A DNA stretch of 64,000 nucleotides from Patescibacteria group bacterium (GTDB taxonomy: Bacteria; Patescibacteriota; Minisyncoccia; JAHISW01; Tagabacteraceae). The notes under the pieces were generated by a model. It did no database searches and was not told the origin of the DNA. It was given only the letters and a program-made list of their open reading frames with translations. Where the stretch lies: the NCBI GenBank assembly GCA_042577045.1, contig JBHPEK010000001.1, positions 15,173 to 79,172 of the forward strand. Reading direction: 5' to 3'. Made by a program: the position numbers and the translations under genes. Positions 45,347 to 55,460 of the stretch are shown piece by piece (the first letter of the stretch is position 1; each line of letters starts with the position of its first letter).

Positions 45347-46558
45347 ATGGACGACAAAAAACAAGATCATATAAAAATTGGGAAAGAACTGGGTCTTTTT
45401 GTGCAAAGTGACGTAGTGGGTCGTGGTTTACCACTACTCACCCCCAAGGGTGCAACTATTAAGCGAGTCTTGCGACGTTTTATTGAAGACGAAGAAATAA
45501 AAAGGGGCTATCAATATACTGAAACCCCAGTTATGGCCAAAACCGAACTTTATAAAATTTCTGGACACATTGATCACTTCCGAAAAGATATGTTTATTTT
45601 TGATGTCGACGGCGAAGAAATAGCACTAAGACCGATGACTTGCCCTCATCAATTTATGATTTACAAGTCTAAGCCGAGAAGTTATCGCGATCTACCAATA
45701 AAATATGCCGAGGTGGCCAATCTTTTTAGAAAAGAACAAAGTGGCGAACTGCATGGATTAATACGAACTTGGCAATTTACTTTAGCCGACGCACACATCA
45801 TTTGCACACCGGAGCAAGTCGAAAAAGAATTTGAAGAGGTTTTGGGTTTAATTAAGTATGTAATGGAAGCGTTGGGCTTTGAAGACTATTGGTACAGATT
45901 TTCAAAATGGGATCCTAAAAATAAAGAAAAATATATAGATAATGTAGAAGCTTGGGAAAATTCACAAAAGATGATGAAAGGTATTCTAGACAAAATGAAA
46001 TTGGATTACGTAGAGGCCGAGGGAGAAGCAGCTCACTACGGACCAAAGCTAGACTTCCAAATGAAAAATGTTCACGGCAAAGAAGATACTATTTTCACGG
46101 TGCAAATAGATTTTGCTTTACCAGAAAGATTTGATATGACATATGAAGGAAGTGATGGACAGAAACACAGACCCATGATAATTCACCGCTCGGCTATTGG
46201 AGCATTGGAGCGCACTATGGCAATGCTACTTGAAAAATATGAGGGCGCGTTGCCTGTATGGCTTTCGTCTATTCAAGCAAAAGTTGTTCCTATTGGTGAA
46301 AAGGTAAATGAATATGGCGAAAAGATTTTAAAAGAACTTAGAGAAGCTGGTATCCGCGCTGAAATTGATTTAGATAATGAAACCCTTGGTAAAAAAATAG
46401 TAAATGCTCAAAAAGAAAAAATCCCCTACATTTTAATTGTGGGAGAGAAAGAAGAAAAAGACAATTTAATTGCTATACGATCGAGAGACGGAGACGAAGG
46501 GACAATGAAGGTGTCAGAACTTGTAGAAAAAATACAAAAAAACTACCCCGCATCCTAA
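45347..46558 (+). CDS. thrS: threonyl-tRNA synthetase, catalytic core plus anticodon-binding domain only
   Basis: Class II motifs (RPMTCPHQ, FRKEQSGELHGLIRTWQFT, HRSAIG). 403 aa with no TGS or editing domains. Confidence 0.9.
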   Translation: MDDKKQDHIKIGKELGLFVQSDVVGRGLPLLTPKGATIKRVLRRFIEDEEIKRGYQYTETPVMAKTELYKISGHIDHFRKDMFIFDVDGEEIALRPMTCPHQFMIYKSKPRSYRDLPIKYAEVANLFRKEQSGELHGLIRTWQFTLADAHIICTPEQVEKEFEEVLGLIKYVMEALGFEDYWYRFSKWDPKNKEKYIDNVEAWENSQKMMKGILDKMKLDYVEAEGEAAHYGPKLDFQMKNVHGKEDTIFTVQIDFALPERFDMTYEGSDGQKHRPMIIHRSAIGALERTMAMLLEKYEGALPVWLSSIQAKVVPIGEKVNEYGEKILKELREAGIRAEIDLDNETLGKKIVNAQKEKIPYILIVGEKEEKDNLIAIRSRDGDEGTMKVSELVEKIQKNYPAS

Positions 46559-46567
46559 GATGTGGGG
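46546..46567 (+). terminator. thrS terminator overlapping the stop codon
   Basis: ccccgcatc-ctaa-gatgtgggg plus T6. Confidence 0.7.
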
Positions 46568-46579
46568 TTTTTTGCTTAT

Positions 46580-46804
46580 TTAAAAGAAATACATAATTGG
46601 AGAAACAAGAATTTTTCCAAATAGTTCCATGAACCAACCTAAACCCCAAAAAATAAAACCAAAAACAACAATCATCACTAATGTGCAAAAAAAGCGAGCA
46701 ATCGGATTTTCAATTTCCACTTCGTTTATACTAATTCCGCCATTAACTGTACCGAAAAATAATAGGACGCACCACAAAACCAAACCAACAATTATTTCCA
46801 ACAT
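46580..46804 (-). CDS. small two-TM membrane protein
   Basis: Hydrophobic ORF with a GGAGGA-type RBS region upstream. Confidence 0.45.
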   Translation of the reverse strand: MLEIIVGLVLWCVLLFFGTVNGGISINEVEIENPIARFFCTLVMIVVFGFIFWGLGWFMELFGKILVSPIMYFF

Positions 46805-46883
46805 ATCTAATCCTCCTTTGCTCTTTGCTATCTAAAACATTTATACCATCCCCCTTCACCCTCCGTCAACCCAAATATTTTTC

Positions 46884-46931
46884 ATCTGTGGGAAGTCCTG
46901 AGAGAGATAGTATCTCTCTCAGGACACAGAT
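46884..46931. repeat. composite class B/inner-arm palindrome
   Basis: atctgtgggaagtcctgagagagatagtatctctctcaggacacagat followed by accaaaaaa. Confidence 0.85.
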
Positions 46932-46944
46932 ACCAAAAAACACC

Positions 46945-46984
46945 CTCCCACTATGAAAACCTTACTTGGTTTTCATGGTGGGAG
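46945..46984. repeat. 17-bp-stem hairpin of another arm type
   Basis: ctcccactatgaaaacc-ttactt-ggttttcatggtgggag (1 mismatch). Confidence 0.75.
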
Positions 46985-47008
46985 TCGAAATATGCCTTAG
47001 TTTCAACT

Positions 47009-47031
47009 ACGTCGACGTCCGACGTCGACGT
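47009..47031. repeat. TCSGA-centred element, class C, perfect
   Basis: acgtcgacgtc-c-gacgtcgacgt, preceded by tttcaact. Confidence 0.9.
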
Positions 47032-47036
47032 TTATA

Positions 47037-47056
47037 CGACATCGGATGTCGATGGA
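47037..47056. repeat. class A element with truncated left arm
   Basis: cgacaTCGGAtgtcgatgga. Confidence 0.7.
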
Positions 47057-47071
47057 TTTAAAAACAAAAAA

Positions 47072-47095
47072 CCCCTGCTTCGCTAAAAACAGGGG
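47072..47095 (-). terminator. terminator of 47141-47755
   Basis: cccctg...cagggg flanked by A/T runs. Confidence 0.6.
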
Positions 47096-47140
47096 TTTTG
47101 GGTTTTAATTAAGTGACCAAGGACAAAGTGTCCAAGAAAG

Positions 47141-47755
47141 CTACTTGCGACGAACAAAAACCCAGCGACCATCACCACCCCAGACACCGCCAGGATCGCC
47201 ATAGAGGGCGTGCAGCCAAAGACCGACACCGTCGTGCTCCACAAGGAAGACATCGAGATCACCATCCGAGCCAGCTATTGGCTTCATGGCAATTCGAAGC
47301 CAATCACCTTTGGGTTGATCTCTGTACTGCAATCGCAGTTGAGGGCCACCCTCGGCAGGACATGGTTCCCAACCACGACTCTTGCCTCCTTCAAAGACCT
47401 CTTGTGTCGTAGCACGATCTTTGTCGGTTAACTGTTTTGTTGTGGCTACAACGAGTTCAATTTCAGTTTCAACTGGACTGACTTCAATCTTTTTCAAGAT
47501 GTCGTCAGCCCGGTTGCTAACACGAAAGCCATGATTAAGAGCTTTACGAATTGCATTGGTAGAACCATATGTGCCGAGTTTGATGGTTTTCCAAGTCGGG
47601 AAGTCTACAAATCGACCCTCAATTGCATCCTGAAGATGTTTTTGAAGCATTTCTGGACTAAATGAATAACCACCTTTTTGCCGAAGTTGTCGACCAATTT
47701 CAAATAACTGACCCGTGATACTTTCGTACATTTCGCCTGCGACATTTTGTGCCAT
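47141..47755 (-). CDS. hypothetical protein, strongly GC-rich gene
   Basis: Intact 204-aa ORF; a hand count of a 60-nt sample gave about 60% GC against about 37% in topA. Confidence 0.6.
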   Translation of the reverse strand: MAQNVAGEMYESITGQLFEIGRQLRQKGGYSFSPEMLQKHLQDAIEGRFVDFPTWKTIKLGTYGSTNAIRKALNHGFRVSNRADDILKKIEVSPVETEIELVVATTKQLTDKDRATTQEVFEGGKSRGWEPCPAEGGPQLRLQYRDQPKGDWLRIAMKPIAGSDGDLDVFLVEHDGVGLWLHALYGDPGGVWGGDGRWVFVRRK

Positions 47756-47880
47756 GACGACCTCCTTATTATTTGAAAATTCCTGAATCCGTCAGTGCGG
47801 TTTCTTTGAACAATTCAAAGAACTAACTGCCTACACAATACCACCTACCACCAAGTCTGTCAATCGCAGATACAAAAAAG

Positions 47881-47935
47881 CCGGCTGGGGAGGTACGATA
47901 GAGGCTATTTTTACTCTATAATACCTCCCAGCCGG
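47881..47935 (-). terminator. gyrB terminator, long stem with an internal hairpin
   Basis: ccggctggggaggta...tacctcccagccgg with T6 on the minus strand. Confidence 0.65.
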
Positions 47936-47957
47936 TGATTAAAGCTTAATTATATAC

Positions 47958-50072
47958 TTACGCGTCTAGGTTTTCAACTGCCTTGGCGTGAGTCTGAATA
48001 AAGAGTTTCCTTGGTGCCACCTCTTTGCCCATCAAGACATCAAATGTTTTATTTGCTTCAGACACATCTTCAACTGTGACTTGCTTCAAAACTCTCCTTT
48101 CTGGATCCATAGTAGTTTCCCACAATTGCCCCGGATTCATTTCTCCAAGACCCTTGTATCTCTGAATTCTAATTCCTTTGAGTTTGTTTTCGTCTGCCTT
48201 TGCTTCATCAATCCCGACGTCCGCCTTCGGCGAAGTCGAGGACTCACGATTTTGTTCCTCCAGCTCTTCTGGAGACAAAATCGGAGCTTCCTTTTTCCTC
48301 AACTTCTTCTCCTTGAGCATCTTTTCCACAATCTTATCTTTCCCCTCGTCATCATAGGCATATTCAATTGTTTTTCCAGACTGAACTTTATAGAGAGGTG
48401 GATTGGCAATATAAAGATAGCCCCTGTTTATAATTTCTGGGAAATATCTAAAAAACAAAGTGAGATAAAGTGCTTTAATGTGAGCACCGTCTACATCGGC
48501 ATCGGTAGCAATAATTATCCTGTGATAACGAATCTTTTCAATATCAAAATCATCTGAGACAGCTGTGCCCAGCGCAGTAATTAAAATTTTAATCTTGTCG
48601 GATTGGAGCGCTTTGTCCAATCGTGATTTCTCGATGTTTAAAATTTTACCAAACAAAGGCAAAATGGCTTGAAACCCTCTATCTCTAGCCTGCTTACAAC
48701 TACCGCCGGCACTATCACCCTCGACAATAAAAAGTTCAGAATCTTCTGGATTTTTATTTCGACAATCCGCCAACTTACCCGGAAGAGTTAGGCCGTCTAG
48801 GGCACCTTTTCTAAGAACACTTTCTTTGGCAGCTTTAGCTGCTTTTCTGGCACGCAGGGCCAAGGAAACTTTCTCGATAATTGCTCTGGCGTCTTTAGGG
48901 TTTTCTTCAAGAAAATAAGAAAATGCATCACTAAAAATACTTTCCGTCGCTGTGCGGGCTTCGGGGTTACCTAGTTTTGCTTTTGTTTGCCCCTCAAATT
49001 GTGGCTCTCTTAATTTAATAGAGATAATGGTGGTTAACCCTTCTCGTACATCGTCGCCGGTAAAATTGTCATCGGAATCTTTAATTAATCCATTTTTTCT
49101 ACCATAATCATTTAATGTCCTAGTTAGAGCTGTCCTAAACCCTGTAATATGCATTCCCCCTTCTGGAGTATAAATATTATTTGCAAAACCCATTTCTCTA
49201 GCCTTAAGATCATCTACGTACTGAAGCGCCACTTCCACCAAAATCTGCTGTTTCTCGTCCTCTTTAGAAACATAAAAGATACTTTGATGTTGAGCTTCTA
49301 ATCCTTTATTTAAATAAGAAACATATGAATGTATGCCACCTTCAAAATAAAAAGTGTGGCTCTTGTGCAAGTTTTCATCTTTTTCCCTGTGATCACGAAC
49401 AGCGATTTTAATTCCTTTTACCAAGTATGCTTGCTGACGCAAGTGTCGCAAAACTCTTTTCCATTCATAGTCTGGAATTTTTTTATCTTCCCCCAAAAAA
49501 ATTTCTTTATCGGGAACAAATGTAATAGACGTACCTGAACCACTACACTTGGAGCCTTTTTTAACTTTGGACTTGGGTTTACCTTGTTGATATTCTTGCG
49601 ACCAAAGAAAGCCATCTCGACAAATTTCGGCTGTAAGATCTTTAGACAAAGCATTCACCACAGAAACACCCACTCCATGTAAGCCTCCAGAAATTTTATA
49701 AGAATCACCACCAAACTTACCCCCAGCATGAAGAGTGGTCATCACTGTTTCTAGCGCAGAAACCTTTGTTTGTTTATGTATGTCTACTGGTATTCCTCGG
49801 CCATCATCTACGACTTGCACCTTATGGTCTGGTAAAAATGTAATAGAAATGTTTTTGGCATGACCCGCCATGGCTTCATCTATAGAGTTGTCTACCACTT
49901 CCCATACCAAGTGATGAAGGCCATCTATACCTGTGGAACCAATATACATACCGGGGCGCTTTCTAACTGGGTCAAGACCCTCTAAAACATAGATGTCTTT
50001 TGCCCCATAACTTACTTCTTTTTTTGCTTGTCCCGACTTTTTTTTCGATGTTATTTTTTTCGGACTTGCCAT
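47958..50072 (-). CDS. gyrB: DNA gyrase subunit B
   Basis: GHKL ATPase (GLHHLVWEVVDNSIDE), TOPRIM (EGDSAGG), QRYKGLGEM. Confidence 0.95.
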   Translation of the reverse strand: MASPKKITSKKKSGQAKKEVSYGAKDIYVLEGLDPVRKRPGMYIGSTGIDGLHHLVWEVVDNSIDEAMAGHAKNISITFLPDHKVQVVDDGRGIPVDIHKQTKVSALETVMTTLHAGGKFGGDSYKISGGLHGVGVSVVNALSKDLTAEICRDGFLWSQEYQQGKPKSKVKKGSKCSGSGTSITFVPDKEIFLGEDKKIPDYEWKRVLRHLRQQAYLVKGIKIAVRDHREKDENLHKSHTFYFEGGIHSYVSYLNKGLEAQHQSIFYVSKEDEKQQILVEVALQYVDDLKAREMGFANNIYTPEGGMHITGFRTALTRTLNDYGRKNGLIKDSDDNFTGDDVREGLTTIISIKLREPQFEGQTKAKLGNPEARTATESIFSDAFSYFLEENPKDARAIIEKVSLALRARKAAKAAKESVLRKGALDGLTLPGKLADCRNKNPEDSELFIVEGDSAGGSCKQARDRGFQAILPLFGKILNIEKSRLDKALQSDKIKILITALGTAVSDDFDIEKIRYHRIIIATDADVDGAHIKALYLTLFFRYFPEIINRGYLYIANPPLYKVQSGKTIEYAYDDEGKDKIVEKMLKEKKLRKKEAPILSPEELEEQNRESSTSPKADVGIDEAKADENKLKGIRIQRYKGLGEMNPGQLWETTMDPERRVLKQVTVEDVSEANKTFDVLMGKEVAPRKLFIQTHAKAVENLDA
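48215..48238. repeat. probable degenerate TCSGA-type element with a nested mini-hairpin inside gyrB
   Basis: cgacgtc-c-gccttcggc-gaagtcg, within a C-terminal insertion (SSTSPKADVGIDEA). Confidence 0.45.
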
Positions 50073-51970
50073 GATATATTTTGTTCTAAAGCGCCAATAA
50101 TTTTTTCCATAATTTCATTAACTTCTTTGTCGGTTAGTGTTTTTTCAAAACTCTGAAAAATCAACCGAAATGCTAAACTTTTTTTATCTTCATCTGGCGG
50201 AGAATATTCATCAAACAAATCTGTATCCACTAAAAATTCTCCAGCAGTATTTTCAATAATATCCATTACTTCAACAATTTGTATGTCTTTGGGAACAAAA
50301 AGAGAAACGTCTCGTATAATTGCCGGAAACTTTGAAAATGGTTTGTATTCAAAATTAGCCATTTCATGGTTCTGAATTTCTGGTAATTCCAAATTATCTC
50401 CTGTTAGCTCAATGATTCTGTCCATATCACATTCAAAAACATAAACGTCTGACTTAATGCATTCATTGAACTCGTCCACATCGGCAATGCCCAATCTATT
50501 CAGAAGCTCTGCTACAGCACCTTTTATTTTTTGAATATTTTCTTTTTTGTTTTTTCTATTATCTATGGTTATGGCAAGATGCAATTTCTCACCTAAATTT
50601 TTATCAAAAACTTTTCCAATTTCAAATAATTTTACATCATCGAAATTCTTAAAATTTTCTGCAACGTTTAATCTCAACCCTTGTAGCAAATTCATTCTTA
50701 GATATTTTTTGTCTGATGCAATAGGATTTTTTAATTCTACTTGACCTGTTTTTTCAAAAGAATAGTTGTAAACTTCTGTAAGGCCCATGTCAGCCAAAAT
50801 ACCTTTTACTAAATTAGAATAAAAATACTCCTCATTTCTTTCCCCGAGAAGAAGAGACTCCTTTGGTATTTCAGACTTTATATTTTCATATCCATATATT
50901 CTAGCAATCTCCTCTATAAGATCTTCTTTAATATTTATATCTAATCGCCATTTGGACGGACTGACGACAAACTTACCAGACTTATTTTCCACGTCAAAAC
51001 CTAAATTATTTAAAATTTTATTTATCTCATCTTCAGAAATCTTTATGCCAAGTAACTTTTCGACATCCTCTTTTGTAAAAGAAATGCTTGATAAGCTGGG
51101 CTTTTTTGAACAAATGTCAATATTCTCCTCAGCTACTTCCCCACCTGCTATTTCCTGTATTAAATTAGCCACCCTATTTATGGCCACTTCTGGCAAAAAC
51201 ATGGAAACACCATGCTCAAAACGATAAGAGGCATCAGTAACAATACCAATCTTTCTAGACGCTTTGCGTATACTAATTGGGTCAAAAACAGCTGATTCAA
51301 TAACTATGTCCTTTGTTTCTTCTGTTATTTCTGCTTTCTTACCACCTTTTATACCAGCAACTGCCAAAGGATCTTTATCGTCAGCAATAAGTAAAACCGT
51401 TTCATCTAGTACTGGATTCTGGTCATCTAGGGTAGTCAACTTTTCTCCTTTCTCTGCCAGACGGACAATTATTTTCTGACCTCCTAGTTTTTTTAAATCA
51501 AAGGCATGAAGAGGTTGACCAGTTTCCAGCATGACGTAGTTGGCAATGTCTACGATGTTGTTGATAGGCTTCTGGCCAATAGCCTCAAGTCTTTCTTTTA
51601 TCCAGTCTGGAGATGAATTAACTTTCACATTTTTAATAAGTAGTGCCATGTAGCGTGGACATGAGTCTGGCTCCTGAACTTCAAGTGTAAGATTGTCGTT
51701 TGTTTTTTCAGATATAATATTTTCTAAACTAAATTTTGGCTCAACAATTTTTTGGTCAATAAGAACTGCCACTTCTCTAGATATGCCTAAGTGGGAAGAG
51801 CAATCCCCAGCACGATTGGGTAAAATATCCAAATCCAAAATAGTGTCGTTTCCAACTTTTTCTTTTGTCTCAACCTCGAAGCTATGCATAATAAAAAGCT
51901 CAGCCAGTTTTTCTGGATTTGGCAGAGGTTTATCAAAATAAGATTGTATCCAATTGTAACTAAACTTCAT
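50051..51970 (-). CDS. pheT: phenylalanyl-tRNA synthetase beta subunit (short form)
   Basis: B3/4, B5 and C-terminal FDX-ACB-like domains; adjacent to pheS. Confidence 0.9.
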   Translation of the reverse strand: MKFSYNWIQSYFDKPLPNPEKLAELFIMHSFEVETKEKVGNDTILDLDILPNRAGDCSSHLGISREVAVLIDQKIVEPKFSLENIISEKTNDNLTLEVQEPDSCPRYMALLIKNVKVNSSPDWIKERLEAIGQKPINNIVDIANYVMLETGQPLHAFDLKKLGGQKIIVRLAEKGEKLTTLDDQNPVLDETVLLIADDKDPLAVAGIKGGKKAEITEETKDIVIESAVFDPISIRKASRKIGIVTDASYRFEHGVSMFLPEVAINRVANLIQEIAGGEVAEENIDICSKKPSLSSISFTKEDVEKLLGIKISEDEINKILNNLGFDVENKSGKFVVSPSKWRLDINIKEDLIEEIARIYGYENIKSEIPKESLLLGERNEEYFYSNLVKGILADMGLTEVYNYSFEKTGQVELKNPIASDKKYLRMNLLQGLRLNVAENFKNFDDVKLFEIGKVFDKNLGEKLHLAITIDNRKNKKENIQKIKGAVAELLNRLGIADVDEFNECIKSDVYVFECDMDRIIELTGDNLELPEIQNHEMANFEYKPFSKFPAIIRDVSLFVPKDIQIVEVMDIIENTAGEFLVDTDLFDEYSPPDEDKKSLAFRLIFQSFEKTLTDKEVNEIMEKIIGALEQNISWQVRKK

Positions 51971-51971
51971 T

Positions 51972-52682
51972 TTAAAATTGATTTAAAAACCTTAAGTCAT
52001 TTCCGTAGAATAATCTAAGGTCTTCTATTTTATATTTAATCATTGCCATGCGCTCTATGCCGGCACCAAAAGCAAAACCTTGATACTTGTTTGAATCTAC
52101 GCCAGCATTTTTTAAAACTTGAGGATGCACCATGCCTGCTCCAAGAATCTCAAGCCACTCGCCCTTTAGTTTTAAGTCTGCCTCAATCCCTGGCTCAACA
52201 AATGGAAAATAACCCGGACGAAACCTTACTTCGATATCATCATCTTTAAAAAATTTCTTAAAAAATTCTTCTAGTATTCCTTTGAGGTGAGCCATGGTAA
52301 TATCCTTCCCAATCATTAGCCCTTCTAGCTGATAGAACTGGAAACCGTGAGTCCTATCCGTGGCTTCATATCGATAACATCTTCCTGGTACAACAATACC
52401 AAAAGGTGGCTGATTTTTTGTATCCTCCATAAAGCGTGCTTGCATTGGTGAGGTGTGAGTACGTAAAAGATTGCCATTTTTTAGCCAAAATGTGTCCCAC
52501 GCATCTCGAGCAGGATGATCTTTTGGTATGTTTAAAGCATCAAAGTTGTAGTATTCTGTCTCCATTTCAGACCCTAAAACCACCTCAAAACCCATTGACT
52601 GAAAAATGTCCGTCATTTGACGTGTAACTTGAGTTAGGGGGTGTAAATGACCCTTATTCTTAGCCGTGGTTAGTTCTTTCAT
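51972..52682 (-). CDS. pheS: phenylalanyl-tRNA synthetase alpha subunit, catalytic core only (236 aa)
   Basis: [29 protein letters not shown] motifs. Confidence 0.9.
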   Translation of the reverse strand: MKELTTAKNKGHLHPLTQVTRQMTDIFQSMGFEVVLGSEMETEYYNFDALNIPKDHPARDAWDTFWLKNGNLLRTHTSPMQARFMEDTKNQPPFGIVVPGRCYRYEATDRTHGFQFYQLEGLMIGKDITMAHLKGILEEFFKKFFKDDDIEVRFRPGYFPFVEPGIEADLKLKGEWLEILGAGMVHPQVLKNAGVDSNKYQGFAFGAGIERMAMIKYKIEDLRLFYGNDLRFLNQF

Positions 52683-52728
52683 CTTGTCTAAATTATAGCA
52701 AAAAAACAGCCTAAAAACAAGTAAAAAA

Positions 52729-52742
52729 CCCCTTTTGGGGGG
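52729..52742 (-). terminator. short terminator after the 864-aa gene
   Basis: cccc-tttt-gggg flanked by A/T runs. Confidence 0.5.
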
Positions 52743-52756
52743 TTTTGTTTTATATA

Positions 52757-55351
52757 TTATTTTTCGTTTAATTTCTCTTCAATTTGGTCAAAAGACTCTA
52801 TTTCTAGAAGCATTCTGAATGCTTTTTTTGAGCCAAATCTTTTCACAAAATCTATCATTAGGGGTATGTTTGCACTATACCTTAAGCCGATAATTGCCTT
52901 TGCCGAATTGATGGGCATCATAATCTCAGCAGGATGAACACTTTCAATTTCTGCTAAGAAATTTAACTTTCCAATATCATCATAAGCGACCATTGGATCG
53001 AGAGGATCATACCCCAAAGAAATTAGATGATTCATTACCGGAACTTCATCTTCTTCGTTGTTAATGGTCTGATCGTAAATCATACCATACTGGGCAAGAT
53101 ACATGTTTAACTCATATCCCATAACAGTGTATCCTGGATCCGCAAGGTCTAAATAAATTTGAGCCTGCTTTCCTCTCCGTTCTAATCTGGATTTCATTGA
53201 AATAAGATATTCTGCTTTACGGTTTTCGCCATAACGCCTGTCTGGCAAGTTCTCCAAAAACTTCCGCATAGCATAAAGTGAGTATACTTCCGCCATTGTC
53301 TCTACAATATTAGAAAGCTCTTGCATGTGGTCCTTAAGCGTTTCCTCTATTTTTTCAAGTTCGGAAATATCGGATGAGGTACTTAGAACGTTTATGGTAT
53401 CCGTTGCCAGTTTAGCCGTAGTTGAATATTCAATTGGTATACTTTTTAAAACATCGGCATTTATATATCCATCTTCCTCAATTTCAAAGTCGCTGTTGGC
53501 GATGGCATTGTACAATCCGTTTTTACGCATATCATTTGGAAGTTTTCCTTCACCCAAAGACAAAACAATATACACCCTTAAGGCTTCTATCAAGAATTGC
53601 CGACGTGTTTTACCTTTTGTGATAACCCCCTTGATTCTCCTGTTGGTAATTTCGTCAATATCAAGAATTCCTTCTTTTAAATATTTGATCGCTAAGTCAC
53701 AAAGAAACACAGCGACTGAAGAAAACACATCTCTCCAAATCAACCGAGAGCCAATCTGTGTAGCGTGAACCATTTCATGAAAATCAACTTGCAGACTTTG
53801 TAGTTTCTGAGCAAATTGATCGGTACTTTCAATGCCAGTATCTCTGGCTTCAATTATGCTGACTGGCGGGTCGAAAAACATAAAAAAGGGATCTGATTCC
53901 ATGACAAAACACACGCCAACATTTTTTCTAACATATAAATCTAGAAATCTTGCATCATATTGTTCTAACAAGTCTTCCATGGTTGCTTCACAGTCTAGCT
54001 TTGAGACTGTTTCACTTATGATTTTTATGCCGCCATCCTTAATTTTTGCTAGATACGAAATTGGTGAGATAGAATTAGCATAGCCTGTTCCCCCTTCCTC
54101 AAAAGAGGCGTAAGAAACTGGAGAAGGTTTTTTACCTGTAACCATGGCCATGAAACGAGACAGAGCCGGAACAAAGTTTTTATTGCCCTTGTGTAACGCT
54201 TTATAAATCTCTTCTCTTGTTAAAGATTCTTTTTCTGGTGTTTCTGAAATGTCTCTAAAACAAAGATTCTCACCGAAATAATCGTTTATTACCTTTGAGA
54301 CCTGATAAGGAATCCCCAGAGAAAAAAGTTTCTGATCTAGGCTCAAAAAAGGAGCCTTGGAAAAATTTAGATCTATAAGGAATCCCGCCATTTCACCTTC
54401 GGTGATAAAAAAAGCACCCAGTGATTTGGCAAAATTATTTTTGAGATTCTCAAGATCACTTTTGAAACTTTGGACAGTGAGAATATATTTTTCGTATGGA
54501 ATAGCTGTTTTCTTTTTGTCGGGTAAGTCCAGAAGAACTAGGTCGGACAAGAGATTGGCATTATATTTTATACCACGGGCTACTTTCATAACGGCCGTTA
54601 TTTCTTCACCAATCATATCTGAAAACAAAAAACTGGCACCAATGAAAGTCAGTTTTTCTAGTATCGCATGAAAACGCAAAATTTGTTCAAAAACTAAATC
54701 TTGCTCGTCTACCTGCATCTTCATTAGTAAACCCTCAATAGAAACCAAGCTGTGCATTAGGGCACGTAATGCCCCCGCCTCCGCGGTAAAACCAAACCCC
54801 TCAACAACTTTGGAAATATTAATCCCTAGAAAAGCATACATTCTAATAATTCGAAGATGTTTTCTGGCATATTTAGCTGAATACTCTTCTATGCGAGAAT
54901 TGTAATTCCTAATCATAAAAAACTGGGACTCGATGGCTTCCACCACCCGCTCCATAACTGCTAGGCAAAGATCTTCAAAGTCTACCTGTCCACTTACATC
55001 TTTTAGCGCCATAAATTCTTGCTCTGGCAAAAAATCTGACAAGGCATCATCGCTTAAAAAATCATCTTCGGGGAAAACTATGCCATTTCTTCTATAAATA
55101 TCTTTGGCGACAATAACCATAGTAGCTAAAATAACCATTATAGAAAATAAACGAGTGTCTACTAGTCTTTCTATAAAATAGGCATTAGGGGTTACAAAAT
55201 GAACGTTTTTTAATTCTTGGTCCATCTTGTCTGTGGGAATCTGTTTCAGCAACTCAATAACTAAATCATTTGCCTGTTTTACAGCACTATAAATTGGAAA
55301 GCCAAACCTCTTGGTTTGCTTAATCAGTCTCTTCTCTTCGTTGCTTTTCAT
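52757..55351 (-). CDS. large hypothetical protein with a single HExxH motif (putative metallopeptidase-like)
   Basis: GGAGGTG RBS; [10 protein letters not shown] at about residue 540; no other recognisable domain. Confidence 0.65.
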   Translation of the reverse strand: MKSNEEKRLIKQTKRFGFPIYSAVKQANDLVIELLKQIPTDKMDQELKNVHFVTPNAYFIERLVDTRLFSIMVILATMVIVAKDIYRRNGIVFPEDDFLSDDALSDFLPEQEFMALKDVSGQVDFEDLCLAVMERVVEAIESQFFMIRNYNSRIEEYSAKYARKHLRIIRMYAFLGINISKVVEGFGFTAEAGALRALMHSLVSIEGLLMKMQVDEQDLVFEQILRFHAILEKLTFIGASFLFSDMIGEEITAVMKVARGIKYNANLLSDLVLLDLPDKKKTAIPYEKYILTVQSFKSDLENLKNNFAKSLGAFFITEGEMAGFLIDLNFSKAPFLSLDQKLFSLGIPYQVSKVINDYFGENLCFRDISETPEKESLTREEIYKALHKGNKNFVPALSRFMAMVTGKKPSPVSYASFEEGGTGYANSISPISYLAKIKDGGIKIISETVSKLDCEATMEDLLEQYDARFLDLYVRKNVGVCFVMESDPFFMFFDPPVSIIEARDTGIESTDQFAQKLQSLQVDFHEMVHATQIGSRLIWRDVFSSVAVFLCDLAIKYLKEGILDIDEITNRRIKGVITKGKTRRQFLIEALRVYIVLSLGEGKLPNDMRKNGLYNAIANSDFEIEEDGYINADVLKSIPIEYSTTAKLATDTINVLSTSSDISELEKIEETLKDHMQELSNIVETMAEVYSLYAMRKFLENLPDRRYGENRKAEYLISMKSRLERRGKQAQIYLDLADPGYTVMGYELNMYLAQYGMIYDQTINNEEDEVPVMNHLISLGYDPLDPMVAYDDIGKLNFLAEIESVHPAEIMMPINSAKAIIGLRYSANIPLMIDFVKRFGSKKAFRMLLEIESFDQIEEKLNEK

Positions 55352-55460
55352 TCAACACCTCCATATATATGAAATTATCAAAAATCTTTAATCTTTACTC
55401 TAGCTTTAATTTACCACAACAAAAAAACCCGTCAATTAACGATGTGCTATAATAAATATA

